45,171 bases of DNA from Dehalococcoidia bacterium. Lineage in GTDB: Bacteria > Chloroflexota > Dehalococcoidia > GIF9 > AB-539-J10. The stretch covers positions 1 to 45,171 of the forward strand of contig DAOUMB010000068.1 of NCBI GenBank assembly GCA_034414335.1. Reading direction: 5' to 3'. The position numbers and the translations under genes were made by a program. Shown one piece after another: positions 8,512-18,208 of the stretch (position 1 is the first letter of the stretch; each line of letters starts with the position of its first letter). The notes under the pieces are model-generated. The model ran no database searches. It worked only from the letters and a program-made list of their open reading frames with translations, and was not told where the DNA came from.

Positions 8512-9456
8512 TCATCTGTCCACCCTCGTTTTCTTATACCACTCAATCGTTCTTCTCAGACCCTCTATGAAATCGGTCTTCGCCTCAAAACCAAACTCCC
8601 TTTTAGCTCTCGAAGTATTCAAACATCTTCTTGGCTGCCCGTCCGGCTTACTGGTATTCCATCTTATCGCTCCCTTAAACCCCGTAAGTTCTGCTATCAA
8701 TTTGACCAAATCTTTAATCTTTATCTCAAGACCAGTTCCAATGTTTACAGGTTCAGGCTTATTGTATATTTCCGTAGCCAAAACAATGCCTTCAGCCGCA
8801 TCTTCCACATATAAGAATTCTCTCGACGCTTCCCCGGTTCCCCAAACCTCAACACTAGTTTCCTTATTCTGCACCGCCTCTGTAAATTTTCTTATCAACG
8901 CCGCAATAACGTGGGAAGACTCCAGGTCGAAATTATCGCCCGGCCCGTAGAGGTTGACGGGCAAAAGATAAATGGCATTGAAGCCATACTGTTGCCTGTA
9001 TGCCTGCGACTGTACCAGTAACATCTTCTTCGCTAAGCCATAGGGGCCATTCGTCTCCTCCGGGTATCCATTCCACAAGTCTTCTTCCTTAAATTGCACT
9101 CGTGCGAACTTTGGATAGGCACAAACAGTTCCTACTGCTACGAATTTCCCTACGGCTTCTTGTCTGGCTGCCTCCACCATTTGAATGCCCATGATAGCGT
9201 TGTTGTAAAAAAGTGAGGCGGGATAGGCTTGATTATATCCGATACCCCCAACCCTGGCAGCCAAATGGATGACGATATCAATATCTTTGACTGCTTTAAC
9301 ACAATTCTCCCAGCGCCTCAAATCCAGGTCCTTGCTCCGAGGTATACTCAGATTGTGTTCACTCACCCCTCTTCCTCTTAACTTCTCCACCAAAAAGGAA
9401 CCTAAAAATCCCGCGCCACCTGTAACCAGAATTTTTTTATTTTCCCAATATCCCAT
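8512..9456 (-). CDS. fcl: GDP-L-fucose synthase (GDP-4-keto-6-deoxymannose epimerase/reductase)
   Basis: [10 protein letters not shown] Rossmann motif, [24 protein letters not shown] and [17 protein letters not shown] are characteristic of Fcl/WcaG. The gene abuts gmd with no spacer. Confidence 0.9.
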   Translation of the reverse strand: MGYWENKKILVTGGAGFLGSFLVEKLRGRGVSEHNLSIPRSKDLDLRRWENCVKAVKDIDIVIHLAARVGGIGYNQAYPASLFYNNAIMGIQMVEAARQEAVGKFVAVGTVCAYPKFARVQFKEEDLWNGYPEETNGPYGLAKKMLLVQSQAYRQQYGFNAIYLLPVNLYGPGDNFDLESSHVIAALIRKFTEAVQNKETSVEVWGTGEASREFLYVEDAAEGIVLATEIYNKPEPVNIGTGLEIKIKDLVKLIAELTGFKGAIRWNTSKPDGQPRRCLNTSRAKREFGFEAKTDFIEGLRRTIEWYKKTRVDR

Positions 9457-10503
9457 CTAATCTACACCCCACCACTTATCCGGGAACTTCTGTTCAATGA
9501 TCTTATTCCCTTCACCTATAGGCTCTAATCCCGCCGCCCTCATATCCGCATCCACCATAATTTTCACCAAGTCCTTAAACTTAACCTTCGGAGCCCAATT
9601 CAACCTTGCCCTGGCCTTAGCAGTGTCAGGGAGTAATGTTTCAGGCTCCGTTGGTCTAAAATATCTTGAATCAATTCTGACATAGTCCTCTATGTCCAAA
9701 TTGACGTAGGAGAAGGCTTCTTCCAGGAATTCCCTGACTGAATGAGACTCGCCCACTCCGACGACAAAATCATCTGGACGCTCATTCTGAAGCATGCGCC
9801 AGATACATTCTACGTATTCCGGGGCATATCCCCAGTCTCTTTTCGCGTCTAAATTCCCCAGGTAGAGATATTTCTCCTTTCCGGCAAGAATTCTCGCCAT
9901 AGCCATGGTGATTTTTCTGGTTACAAAGGTCTCGCCTCTTCTGGGAGATTCGTGGTTAAAAAGGATGCCGCTACAGGCAAATACACCGTATCCATCACGA
10001 TAATTTTTCGTCATCCAGTAGGCGTAAACCTTGGCACAGGCATAAGGGCTTCTTGGCCTGAAAGGTGTTTCTTCATTTTGGGGTGGTGGGGATGCCCCAA
10101 ACATCTCACTGCTGGAAGCTTCATAAAACTTGGCCCTATTCCTACTTCTTCTTATCGCCTCTAACATCCTAGTCGTGCCCAGGGCGGTAACATTTCCTGA
10201 GTATTCAGGAGTATCGAAACTAACCCGCACATGACTTTGCGCCGCTAGATGGTATACCTCGTCAGGACTTATGTTATAGATAATATTTGAAATCTGTTCA
10301 GAATCAGAAAGGTCACCGTAATGCAGAGTCAATCTGGCATTAGGGTCATGGGGGTCAACATAAATGTGGTCTATTCTATCTGTATTAAAGGTAGATGCTC
10401 TTCTAATGATACCATGGACTTCATAACCTTTATTCAACAAGAACTCGGCTAAGTAAGAGCCATCTTGCCCCGTTATGCCCGTAATCAATGCCTTTTTCAT
10501 CAA
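9457..10503 (-). CDS. gmd: GDP-mannose 4,6-dehydratase
   Basis: [46 protein letters not shown] and [20 protein letters not shown] are canonical Gmd motifs. Confidence 0.92.
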   Translation of the reverse strand: MMKKALITGITGQDGSYLAEFLLNKGYEVHGIIRRASTFNTDRIDHIYVDPHDPNARLTLHYGDLSDSEQISNIIYNISPDEVYHLAAQSHVRVSFDTPEYSGNVTALGTTRMLEAIRRSRNRAKFYEASSSEMFGASPPPQNEETPFRPRSPYACAKVYAYWMTKNYRDGYGVFACSGILFNHESPRRGETFVTRKITMAMARILAGKEKYLYLGNLDAKRDWGYAPEYVECIWRMLQNERPDDFVVGVGESHSVREFLEEAFSYVNLDIEDYVRIDSRYFRPTEPETLLPDTAKARARLNWAPKVKFKDLVKIMVDADMRAAGLEPIGEGNKIIEQKFPDKWWGVD

Positions 10504-11221
10504 TGCAAGCCTTTAGGCTGTAATTCGTGAGATGAAACCCACCTTTAGACAGCTAACTTGTTGGTCAGCCAGCTGTGAAGTAGTTTAATGTCAATTCCCA
10601 TGACTGTCAATGGCCTGAAATGTTGAGAGATGGACGATTTTGGGATGAATACAAACCACATGGAGAAATGCCTACTGGTAGTTGTATCGCCACAACAAAT
10701 AATTCTCAGAAATCTACCAGGGAGATTCTAAATATGACATCCGATTGAAGTTGGTCAGTGCTACATGCTCATAATAGGCAGGACTAGTTATGAGGGCATA
10801 AGGAAATACTCCAAGCAACCTCCCCTTCTGTGGTTTCCTCCCCTCCTCCTTTCGACTTCCGCCTACCCTTCGGCTTTCACCTATTAATCGACTTCTGCCT
10901 ACTCAGTCTCGGTTCTTCGTCCACCAAATTCCCGTTTGGCCACTTGGAGCAATTTTAATAGTAGCACATCCATCAACAGTTTGTCAAACTTTCATTCTTA
11001 AATCTGAAATAGTGCTAAAAAAGATAAGAGCAGTAGAAAAATATATTGCCATAGACGTAACTTAAAGTTTAGCTTAGGTCTAGTTTGTCACCAAATTGAC
11101 TGACAACCTAAGATGATTTCTCTCCTAAGTAGCGTTTTATTGCAGTGAACCCGCAGAATTTACAGCTAGTTTGCCTTTGCATCCTTGGCAAATCCTGTTT
11201 GGGGGTGTAAAATCGGCACAA

Positions 11222-11329
11222 ATGGCGCAACTAGTATGTCCCAACTGCAACTCAAAGACTATTCTTTATACATTCAAAACACACACCTACATCTGTACAA
11301 GATGTGGGCACGTCTGGGAAAAGAAATAG
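11222..11329 (+). CDS. hypothetical 35-aa zinc-ribbon peptide (CxxC-x15-CxxC)
   Basis: ATG..TAG ORF below the track cutoff: MAQLVCPNCNSKTILYTFKTHTYICTRCGHVWEKK. The two CxxC pairs are spaced like a zinc ribbon. There is no convincing RBS at normal spacing and it sits in an ORF-poor region. Confidence 0.3.
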   Translation: MAQLVCPNCNSKTILYTFKTHTYICTRCGHVWEKK

Positions 11330-11639
11330 TAATCTCACCTTGTTTCTAATTGCATTCTAAAGGGCAGAATGGGTGGCCTTGCTTGTATAGCTCCAAATTT
11401 TAGAGAATCCAAAGCCATTAGCTTTAACTAAACTGTGTTATTAGCTGTCTCTAATGACGAATAAACTCCATTTAATGCCCTCTTTTCGTCCTAAAACACA
11501 ATGAAAGAGTTCAGAGAGAGATGATTTTAGAATGGATGCTATGTACTTGATAAACAAGCCCTTACAAGCTTTTCACTGATAAAGGGTGAAATAAGTTCAA
11601 AGGGATAAGGGTATCAAATCCTTACAGGTTATGACTTGG

Positions 11640-11888
11640 AGACCGAAGCGGGCAAGTCACACGCAACATTTCGCAAATTGAGGGGATAAGGGATGCTTAG
11701 GGCCTCTCTAAATGTTACTTGGCGCCAAGCCAAAGGCTATCTCTGAAGCTCTAGGCCACTCTAGCGTAGCGTTTACTTTAGATGTCTATTTTCATATAAT
11801 TGAGGAAACTCAGAGCGAGGCTATGTCACTTCTGGATGATGTCTTACCACCCGCAGCAAACAGCGCTAGAAAAATAAGGACAATTTAA
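11640..11888 (+). pseudogene. tyrosine recombinase (phage-type integrase) 3' remnant
   Basis: Nt 11712-11888 translate to MLLGAKPKAISEALGHSSVAFTLDVYFHIIEETQSEAMSLLDDVL...stop. This is the conserved integrase C-terminus (LLL.G...K.v...LGHSS...TLD.YsH, including the catalytic Tyr position). Upstream there is only a frame-broken ..SHATF.. trace and no N-terminal or core domain. Confidence 0.65.
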
Positions 11889-11935
11889 CGGCAAAAGTAG
11901 ACGTATCATCGAGTAAGAACTGAAATTTAGCTTCA

Positions 11936-12026
11936 GGAGGGGTGACCGAGCGGCTTATGGTGGCGGTCTTGAAAACCGCTTTCGCCTTTTTGGCGAACGT
12001 GGGTTCGAATCCCACCCCCTCCGCCA
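11936..12026 (+). tRNA. tRNA-Ser (anticodon UGA), CCA encoded
   Basis: Folded by hand: acceptor GGAGGGG/CCCCTCC, 3-bp D stem ACC/GGT, anticodon stem GCGGT/ACCGC with loop CTTGAAA (UGA). The long variable arm is TCGCC-TTTTT-GGCGA, the T arm is GTGGG-TTCGAAT-CCCAC, the discriminator is G, and CCA follows. Confidence 0.95.
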
Positions 12027-12113
12027 GTCGAAAGATGGTTCGCTTACGGCGATTTCATGTTAGTCCTCTCCACCAAGGGAGGGCGAAACAAGAATGAGAA
12101 GAAAGGAAATGAT

Positions 12114-13283
12114 ATGAAGGTCCATGAGTTTCAAGCCAAGGCACTTCTAGCTCAATACGGCGTTCCCGTTCCCAGGGGCAAGGTGGCTTCCAGTCCAGCC
12201 GAATCTAGAGAGATAGCCGCTGAGATTGGCGGTAAGACGGTAATTAAAGCCCAGGTCTATGCTGGAGGAAGGGGCAAGGCCGGTGGCATAAAGACGGTTA
12301 ATAACCCAGAAGAAGCAGAGAAGGCTGCGAGCCAATTGATTGGAACCCGACTGGTGACCCATCAAACTGGACCGGAAGGAGCGCCGGTGAATAAAGTCCT
12401 GGTGGAGGAAGCAAGCGCAGTGGCACGAGAGCTCTACCTCAGCATCCTTGTCGATGGGAATAGTCGCTTACCTGTGATGATGGCAAGCGAGGCCGGGGGC
12501 ATGGAAATCGAAGAGGTGGCCCAATCGACTCCAGAGAAAATATTTCGGAGTAACATTGACCCTGCTATTGGCTTTCAGCCATTCCATGGTCGCAGGCTGG
12601 CTTACGGGATGAATCTGAATGGAGGGCAAATAGGCGCAGCCACGCAGTTGATGACAAAGCTCTACAAGCTATTCATGGACAAGGATTGTTCTCTGGCTGA
12701 GATCAATCCTCTGGTTATCACCGCTGAGGGAAAGTTGCTAGCTCTAGACGCTAAACTTAATTTCGACGACAATGCTCTTTTCCGTCACAAAGATATCCAA
12801 GAACTCCAGGATAAGGAGCAGGAGGAGCCTCTGGAAGTCCAGGCTCGTGACTGGGGAATCAATAATTATGTCAAGATGGATGGTGATATTGGCTGTATGG
12901 TCAATGGCGCAGGGTTAGCCATGGCAGTCAATGACCTTATCCAATACTGCGGTGGCAGAGCAGCAAATTTCCTGGACATCGGCACGCTCAATAACCCTGA
13001 GAGAGTGGTAAACTCGTTCAAGATGTTTATTGCCGACCCCGGGGTAAAGGCCGTCCTGGTAAACATATTTGGGGGCATGGCTAGGGTAGATGTCATCGCC
13101 CAAGGGATAGTTGAAGCCTATCAGCAAATGGACATCCGCTTCCCCGTAGTCGTCAGGCTGGCAGGGACCAACCTTGAAGAAGGCCAACGCATCCTGGCTG
13201 AGTCAGGGATAAGTTTCATCCGGGCTAAAGATTTCTATGATGGCGCTTATAAGGTAGTCCAAGCAGCTAAGAATTCAGGCTAA
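12114..13283 (+). CDS. sucC: succinyl-CoA synthetase (ADP-forming) beta subunit
   Basis: MKVHEFQAKALLAQYGVPVP is the canonical SucC N-terminus and an ATP-grasp region follows. The ATG at 12114 has a GAAAGGAAA RBS. The ORF-track start at 12057 adds 19 non-homologous residues. Confidence 0.92.
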   Translation: MKVHEFQAKALLAQYGVPVPRGKVASSPAESREIAAEIGGKTVIKAQVYAGGRGKAGGIKTVNNPEEAEKAASQLIGTRLVTHQTGPEGAPVNKVLVEEASAVARELYLSILVDGNSRLPVMMASEAGGMEIEEVAQSTPEKIFRSNIDPAIGFQPFHGRRLAYGMNLNGGQIGAATQLMTKLYKLFMDKDCSLAEINPLVITAEGKLLALDAKLNFDDNALFRHKDIQELQDKEQEEPLEVQARDWGINNYVKMDGDIGCMVNGAGLAMAVNDLIQYCGGRAANFLDIGTLNNPERVVNSFKMFIADPGVKAVLVNIFGGMARVDVIAQGIVEAYQQMDIRFPVVVRLAGTNLEEGQRILAESGISFIRAKDFYDGAYKVVQAAKNSG

Positions 13284-13297
13284 AAAGGAGTAATTAA

Positions 13298-14173
13298 GTG
13301 AGCATTCTCGTTGACGAAAACACCAGGCTTTTAATTCAAGGAATCACCGGCAGCGAAGGTAGCTTTCATACCCAACGCTGTATAGAATATGGTACCAAAG
13401 TAGTGGCTGGGGTTACACCTGGCAAAGGGGGCAGCCAACATTTGGGAGTGCCCGTTTTCAACTCCGTAGAGAAAGCTATCGCTGAGACCGGAGCTAATGC
13501 TAGTCTCATTTTTGTGCCCCCCGCCTCTGCCACAGATGCTATCCTGGAGACGATTGACGCTGGCATACCATTGATTGTGTGCATAACTGAAGGCATACCA
13601 GTTTTAGACATGGTGAAGGTACACAGCTACCTTAGAGGTAAATCATCGAGGCTCATCGGCCCTAATTGCCCGGGAGTCATGTCCCCAGGGAAATGCAAGG
13701 CTGGAATTATGGTGGGGGAAATTCATCTTCCCGGCCACGTAGGGGTAGTCTCTCGCAGCGGCACCCTGACTTACGACATCGTATCTCAGCTCACCAGTCT
13801 GGGAATTGGGCAATCCACGTGCGTTGGCATTGGCGGTGATGCCCTACCTGGCAGCACCTTTGTTGATATCTTAGAACTATTTCAAGCAGACCAAGATACC
13901 AACGCTGTGGTTCTTATTGGTGAGATTGGTGGCACCATGGAGCAAGAGGCTGCTGAATTTATCAGCCATAAAATGACTAAACCCGTGGTTGCCTTTGTCG
14001 CGGGAAGCACTGCTCCGCCCGGGAAAAGAATGGGACATGCCGGAGCCATTATTACGGGCAGCGCTGGCAAGGCTTCAGAGAAGATAAAAGCTTTGTCACA
14101 AGCTGGGATTACCATTGCACCCAACCCAGCTGAAGTCGGCCTCACGACTAAAGAAGTGTTAGAAAAGATTTGA
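13298..14173 (+). CDS. sucD: succinyl-CoA synthetase alpha subunit
   Basis: GTG start with an AAGGAG RBS. Motifs are [24 protein letters not shown] and GHAGAII (phosphohistidine loop). Confidence 0.92.
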   Translation: MSILVDENTRLLIQGITGSEGSFHTQRCIEYGTKVVAGVTPGKGGSQHLGVPVFNSVEKAIAETGANASLIFVPPASATDAILETIDAGIPLIVCITEGIPVLDMVKVHSYLRGKSSRLIGPNCPGVMSPGKCKAGIMVGEIHLPGHVGVVSRSGTLTYDIVSQLTSLGIGQSTCVGIGGDALPGSTFVDILELFQADQDTNAVVLIGEIGGTMEQEAAEFISHKMTKPVVAFVAGSTAPPGKRMGHAGAIITGSAGKASEKIKALSQAGITIAPNPAEVGLTTKEVLEKI

Positions 14174-14211
14174 AGAAGCAGTCAGTATTGGATTGATGGC
14201 TGAAAGCTAAG

Positions 14212-15684
14212 ATGAATCGCTATCCTCTGGTCGAAGAAGTCTTTACCTCCCTAACCGCTCCGGAGCTTTTTGAGCTAATCAAGGACAATCCTTATAGCTT
14301 CTTTCTGGACAGCGGCATGGACCCTCAAAGACTGGGGCGATACTCCTTTTTGGGCAGCAATCCCTTTCTCGTAATGACTAGCCGGGGTACAGAAATTACC
14401 TTAGTTCGCGAAGATGAACGTGAAGTTCAGTCTGGAAATCCCTTTGACGTTCTGGGCAGCTTGCTGGAGCCGTATAAACTAGACCATTGCCCATCGCCTG
14501 TACCCTTTCTCGGTGGAGCAATTGGCTATTTCGGCTATGACCTGTCCCACTTCGTTGAACGCCTGCCATCCACAGCCATAGACGACCTGAGACTTCCTGA
14601 GAGTTACTTTGCCTTCTATGATGCTGTCCTCGCCTTTGATCACCTGGAAGAGAAGGCTTATCTTATTACCACAGGCTTTCCTGAGCTGGAGGAAGGGCAA
14701 AGGCTAAGACGAGCCAGAATGAGACTTGAGGAGCTGAAAAACTGGCTTTACGCCGCCTCTCCTACTCAAGAAGCCCCTCTCCCTCCAAGTGAAAACTTAG
14801 GTGAAGGTGAATCTCGATCCATCCCGGAGAATAGGAAAATTTTGCTCAAGTCTAATTTTACCCACGATGAATATATAAAAGCTGTGGATAGAGTGCGGGA
14901 GTATATCGCCGCTGGCGATGTCTTTCAAGTCAATCTTTCCCAGAGATTTGAGTCTAATTTGCCCTATCCGCCCTACGAGCTCTATAAGCGGCTAAGAATG
15001 GTTAATCCCGCTCCCTTCGCCAGCTACCTCAATTTCCAGGATGTCGCCATTGTCAGCGCCTCTCCCGAAAGGTTCCTTAAAGTCCAAGGGGACTTGGTAG
15101 AAACGCGACCTGTAAAGGGGACGAGGCCACGAGGCAGAGACCCTGTTGAAGACCGGAACCTGGCTCAGGAGTTGACCAAAAGCACCAAAGACCGAGCGGA
15201 AAAAGTGATGATTGTCGATTTGGAGAGGAATGATTTGGGGCGTGTTTGCCACTACGGCACAGTAAAGGTTACTGAGTTAGCTATCCTGGAGACTTTCCCT
15301 ACCGTATTTCATCTCACCTCCACCATCATGGGTAAACTACGTCGGGGCAAGAGCAACATTGACCTGCTTAAGGCCACATTCCCCGGTGGCTCTATTACCG
15401 GCGCTCCTAAGGTGCGAGCTATGGAAATTATCGATGAACTGGAGCCAACTAAGAGAAGCGTCTATACCGGCTCCATAGGCTACCTGAGCTTCAATGAGGA
15501 CCTGGATATCAACATCGTTATCCGCACCTTTTTGATCAAAGAAGGCAAAGCTTACTTTCAGGTAGGCGGTGGCATTATTTATGATTCTGATTCGGAAGCC
15601 GAATATATGGAAACCCTGGACAAAGCCAGGGCTCTAATTCAAGCTTTGCAGTTAGCACCAGAAGTGGTTGTAGCTTCAAGATAG
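14212..15684 (+). CDS. pabB: aminodeoxychorismate synthase component I (chorismate-binding enzyme; anthranilate synthase I not excluded)
   Basis: It has chorismate-binding family motifs (FQVNLSQRF, SASPERFL, GSITGAPK, YTGSIGY). The context with an amidotransferase and a class IV aminotransferase favours PabB. Confidence 0.75.
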   Translation: MNRYPLVEEVFTSLTAPELFELIKDNPYSFFLDSGMDPQRLGRYSFLGSNPFLVMTSRGTEITLVREDEREVQSGNPFDVLGSLLEPYKLDHCPSPVPFLGGAIGYFGYDLSHFVERLPSTAIDDLRLPESYFAFYDAVLAFDHLEEKAYLITTGFPELEEGQRLRRARMRLEELKNWLYAASPTQEAPLPPSENLGEGESRSIPENRKILLKSNFTHDEYIKAVDRVREYIAAGDVFQVNLSQRFESNLPYPPYELYKRLRMVNPAPFASYLNFQDVAIVSASPERFLKVQGDLVETRPVKGTRPRGRDPVEDRNLAQELTKSTKDRAEKVMIVDLERNDLGRVCHYGTVKVTELAILETFPTVFHLTSTIMGKLRRGKSNIDLLKATFPGGSITGAPKVRAMEIIDELEPTKRSVYTGSIGYLSFNEDLDINIVIRTFLIKEGKAYFQVGGGIIYDSDSEAEYMETLDKARALIQALQLAPEVVVASR

Positions 15685-15721
15685 GGAGCCTGAAGAAGTC
15701 TACGATTTTTTGGAGTAAAAA

Positions 15722-16327
15722 ATGATACTAATAATAGACAACTATGATTCCTTCGTTTACAACCTGGCCCAATACCTGGGGGAACTGGGCTGGCAACCAG
15801 TGGTCTACCGCAATGACCAGATAATTTTGGCTCAAATCGAAGAGCTGGCCCCTACTCATATTGTCATCTCCCCTGGACCTTGCACTCCCCTGGAAGCAGG
15901 CATCTCTAATGAGGTAGTGCGGCACTTTGGTGGGAAAATCCCCATACTGGGGGTGTGTTTAGGGCACCAATGCATTGGCTATGTCTATGGAGGCAGGATT
16001 GGTCGAGCCGCGCCAGTCCATGGCAAGACCTCCCTCATCCATCATGATGGTAAAACTATCTATCAAGGTTTGGCTAATCCCTTTCCAGCGACACGCTACC
16101 ATTCCTTGATTATCGAAGCTGAGGGCCTGCCATCCTGTCTCCAAGTCACTGCAAAAACTCCTGAGGACATAATAATGGGGATAAGACACCAGTATTATGT
16201 CGTCGAAGGGGTTCAATTTCACCCTGAGTCTATCCTCACCGAACCAGGACACGATATTTTGACTAACTTCCTCCGTTTTACCAGGCCAGTTTGGAACAAG
16301 AATCAAATACTAAATCCGAAATGCTAA
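15722..16327 (+). CDS. pabA: glutamine amidotransferase component II (PabA/TrpG type)
   Basis: ILIIDNYDSFVYNLAQYL, the GVCLGHQ catalytic Cys motif and GVQFHPES. Confidence 0.85.
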   Translation: MILIIDNYDSFVYNLAQYLGELGWQPVVYRNDQIILAQIEELAPTHIVISPGPCTPLEAGISNEVVRHFGGKIPILGVCLGHQCIGYVYGGRIGRAAPVHGKTSLIHHDGKTIYQGLANPFPATRYHSLIIEAEGLPSCLQVTAKTPEDIIMGIRHQYYVVEGVQFHPESILTEPGHDILTNFLRFTRPVWNKNQILNPKC

Positions 16328-16443
16328 AAGAGCAAAAGGCAAAAAAGGCGGAGAAAAATTCAAAAATGGAGTATTTTCCCTCTTTCAATTGTAATTTTGG
16401 CCTTTGATTTTTGATATTGTTTAGAATTTAGGATTTTTCTAGC

Positions 16444-17337
16444 ATGGCAGAAATTATTTATCTCAACGGCCAACTTGTCCCCCGCTCCAAAGCCAAGCTA
16501 TCGCTATTTGACCACGGCTTCCTCTACGGACACGGGCTATTTGAGACCATGCGGGCCTATAATGGGCATATCTTTCGCCTCGACCGTCACCTGGCTCGCC
16601 TTCAATGTTCCGCCCAGAGCCTTGGTCTCGCAAGCAGGTTTGCCGCTTCTGACCTAGAAACCGCCTGCATACAAACTCTAAATGCTAATAAGCTCAAGGA
16701 CGCTCGCCTGAGGCTTACTGTTTCAGCCGGAGAAGGCGACATGACGCCTGACCCCGACACCCGCTCCAACCCCACTGTTCTGGTCACCGCCCAAAATCTT
16801 GTCCCCTTACCCCCCGAAAAATATGAATCAGGTTTTAAAGCAGCGCTGTCCTCCCTGCGCCGCAATAGCCAGTCGCCTCTATCCCGGCTAAAATCTACCT
16901 GCTACCTGAGTAACATCTTAGCCCGAATGGAAGCCAGGGCTGCTGGATGCGATGAAGCCATCCTACTCAATGAACGTGGTTACCTGGCCGAAGGCAGCAC
17001 CACCAATATTTTCTTGGTGAGTAAAGGCAAGCTCGTTACTCCCTCTTTAGAAAGTGGCGTCTTGCCCGGCATCACCAGAGAGGCAGTTCTGGAAATAGCT
17101 CAGGCTTCAAACATAAAAACTGTGGAAAGACAGGTGGAGTTAAAGGAGCTAATCGAGGCTGAGGAAGCATTTGTTACCAATTCCATACTGGAGCTTATGC
17201 CCCTGACCTGCTTTGATGGCAAGCCCATCGGCTCAGGCAAAGCCGGCCAGCTAAGCAAAAAGTTAATGGCTGCTTATAGAAAACTCATAAACGAGGCCGT
17301 AGTAAGCAGGACGATAACATCCACAGGCGTTGACTAA
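16444..17337 (+). CDS. pabC: class IV aminotransferase-fold protein, probably aminodeoxychorismate lyase
   Basis: It has class IV PLP-fold motifs (LFDHGFLYGHGLFETMRAYNG, LNERGYLAEGSTTNIF, GVLPGITR). The PabC assignment rests on the pabB-pabA context. IlvE or D-amino-acid aminotransferase remain possible. Confidence 0.6.
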   Translation: MAEIIYLNGQLVPRSKAKLSLFDHGFLYGHGLFETMRAYNGHIFRLDRHLARLQCSAQSLGLASRFAASDLETACIQTLNANKLKDARLRLTVSAGEGDMTPDPDTRSNPTVLVTAQNLVPLPPEKYESGFKAALSSLRRNSQSPLSRLKSTCYLSNILARMEARAAGCDEAILLNERGYLAEGSTTNIFLVSKGKLVTPSLESGVLPGITREAVLEIAQASNIKTVERQVELKELIEAEEAFVTNSILELMPLTCFDGKPIGSGKAGQLSKKLMAAYRKLINEAVVSRTITSTGVD

Positions 17338-17456
17338 AGGCACATCGAGGGATAGTATATGACTAGCCAAGGAGTTTTGACTGATATTCTTGGGCATGGT
17401 GGATTGATCTAAACAAATTTATACCACCATCTAAATACCCTTGGGAGGTTGATATT

Positions 17457-18197
17457 ATGCTTGAATATGTTCCCACAGGTATCCCTGGCGCCGACAAGAT
17501 TCTTGGGGAGAAAGGAATACCGAGGGGCCACAGCATCTTGGTTGCTGGAGGACCTGGAAGCGGTAAAACCACCTTTGCCATCCAGTTTCTGTATATAGGA
17601 GCTACAGAACACAACGAGCCTGGAATCTATATATCACTTGATGAAGACCCTGAGGATGTGAAAAAGAACATGTCGAAATTCGGGTGGGACCTTGGCAAGC
17701 TTGAGCAGGATAAGAAACTCGCCTTCATCAATGTTTCTCCGGTTCGGGTGACATCATCAGAAAAAGCTGGTCTCATTCAGCTGGGAATGAAGGAATTCAA
17801 GCTTATTAAGCTGCTAGAGGCAATCAGAGAAGGTATAGATGATGTTAAAGCCAAGAGGGTGGTTATTGACCCCATTACTATCTTCACCCTGCAATACCCT
17901 GACGAAGTGGAGCGCATATACGCTATGAGAGACCTGATAGCTGATTTTAGGAAAACTGGCTGCACCAACCTGTTAATCTCCGAACTAAGAGGCACAGGCC
18001 TGGAAAGGGAGCATCAATTCGAGGAGTATCTGGCACAAGGGGTTATCCTGCTTCGCACGGTGATGAAGGATGACAAGTTGACCCGGATGTTTCAGGTGGA
18101 GAAAATGCGCGGCCTGGCGGTTGACAATCAGCCGCGCCCGTATAACATAACCAGTAGCGGAATAGAGGTATATCCTACCCTGACTGTCTTCAAGTAG
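17457..18197 (+). CDS. stand-alone single-domain KaiC-like (RecA-superfamily) ATPase
   Basis: 246 aa with a GGGAGG RBS. It has Walker A GGPGSGKTT, acidic SLDEDPED and Walker B RVVIDPIT. The N-terminus GIPGADKILGEKGIPRGHSILVAG is typical of KaiC/COG0467-type ATPases. Confidence 0.85.
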   Translation: MLEYVPTGIPGADKILGEKGIPRGHSILVAGGPGSGKTTFAIQFLYIGATEHNEPGIYISLDEDPEDVKKNMSKFGWDLGKLEQDKKLAFINVSPVRVTSSEKAGLIQLGMKEFKLIKLLEAIREGIDDVKAKRVVIDPITIFTLQYPDEVERIYAMRDLIADFRKTGCTNLLISELRGTGLEREHQFEEYLAQGVILLRTVMKDDKLTRMFQVEKMRGLAVDNQPRPYNITSSGIEVYPTLTVFK

Positions 18198-18208
18198 GGA
18201 GGAGAGGG

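Noticed and set aside
12057-12113. Upstream extensions suggested by the ORF track for sucC (12057), ispH (37588), nusA (40181), the FeS subunit (29020), the DUF5679-like gene (43994) and the VIT1 fusion (24838).
   Set aside because: In each case the conserved family N-terminus begins at an internal ATG with a better RBS or spacing, and the extension overlaps a neighbouring gene or has no family resemblance.
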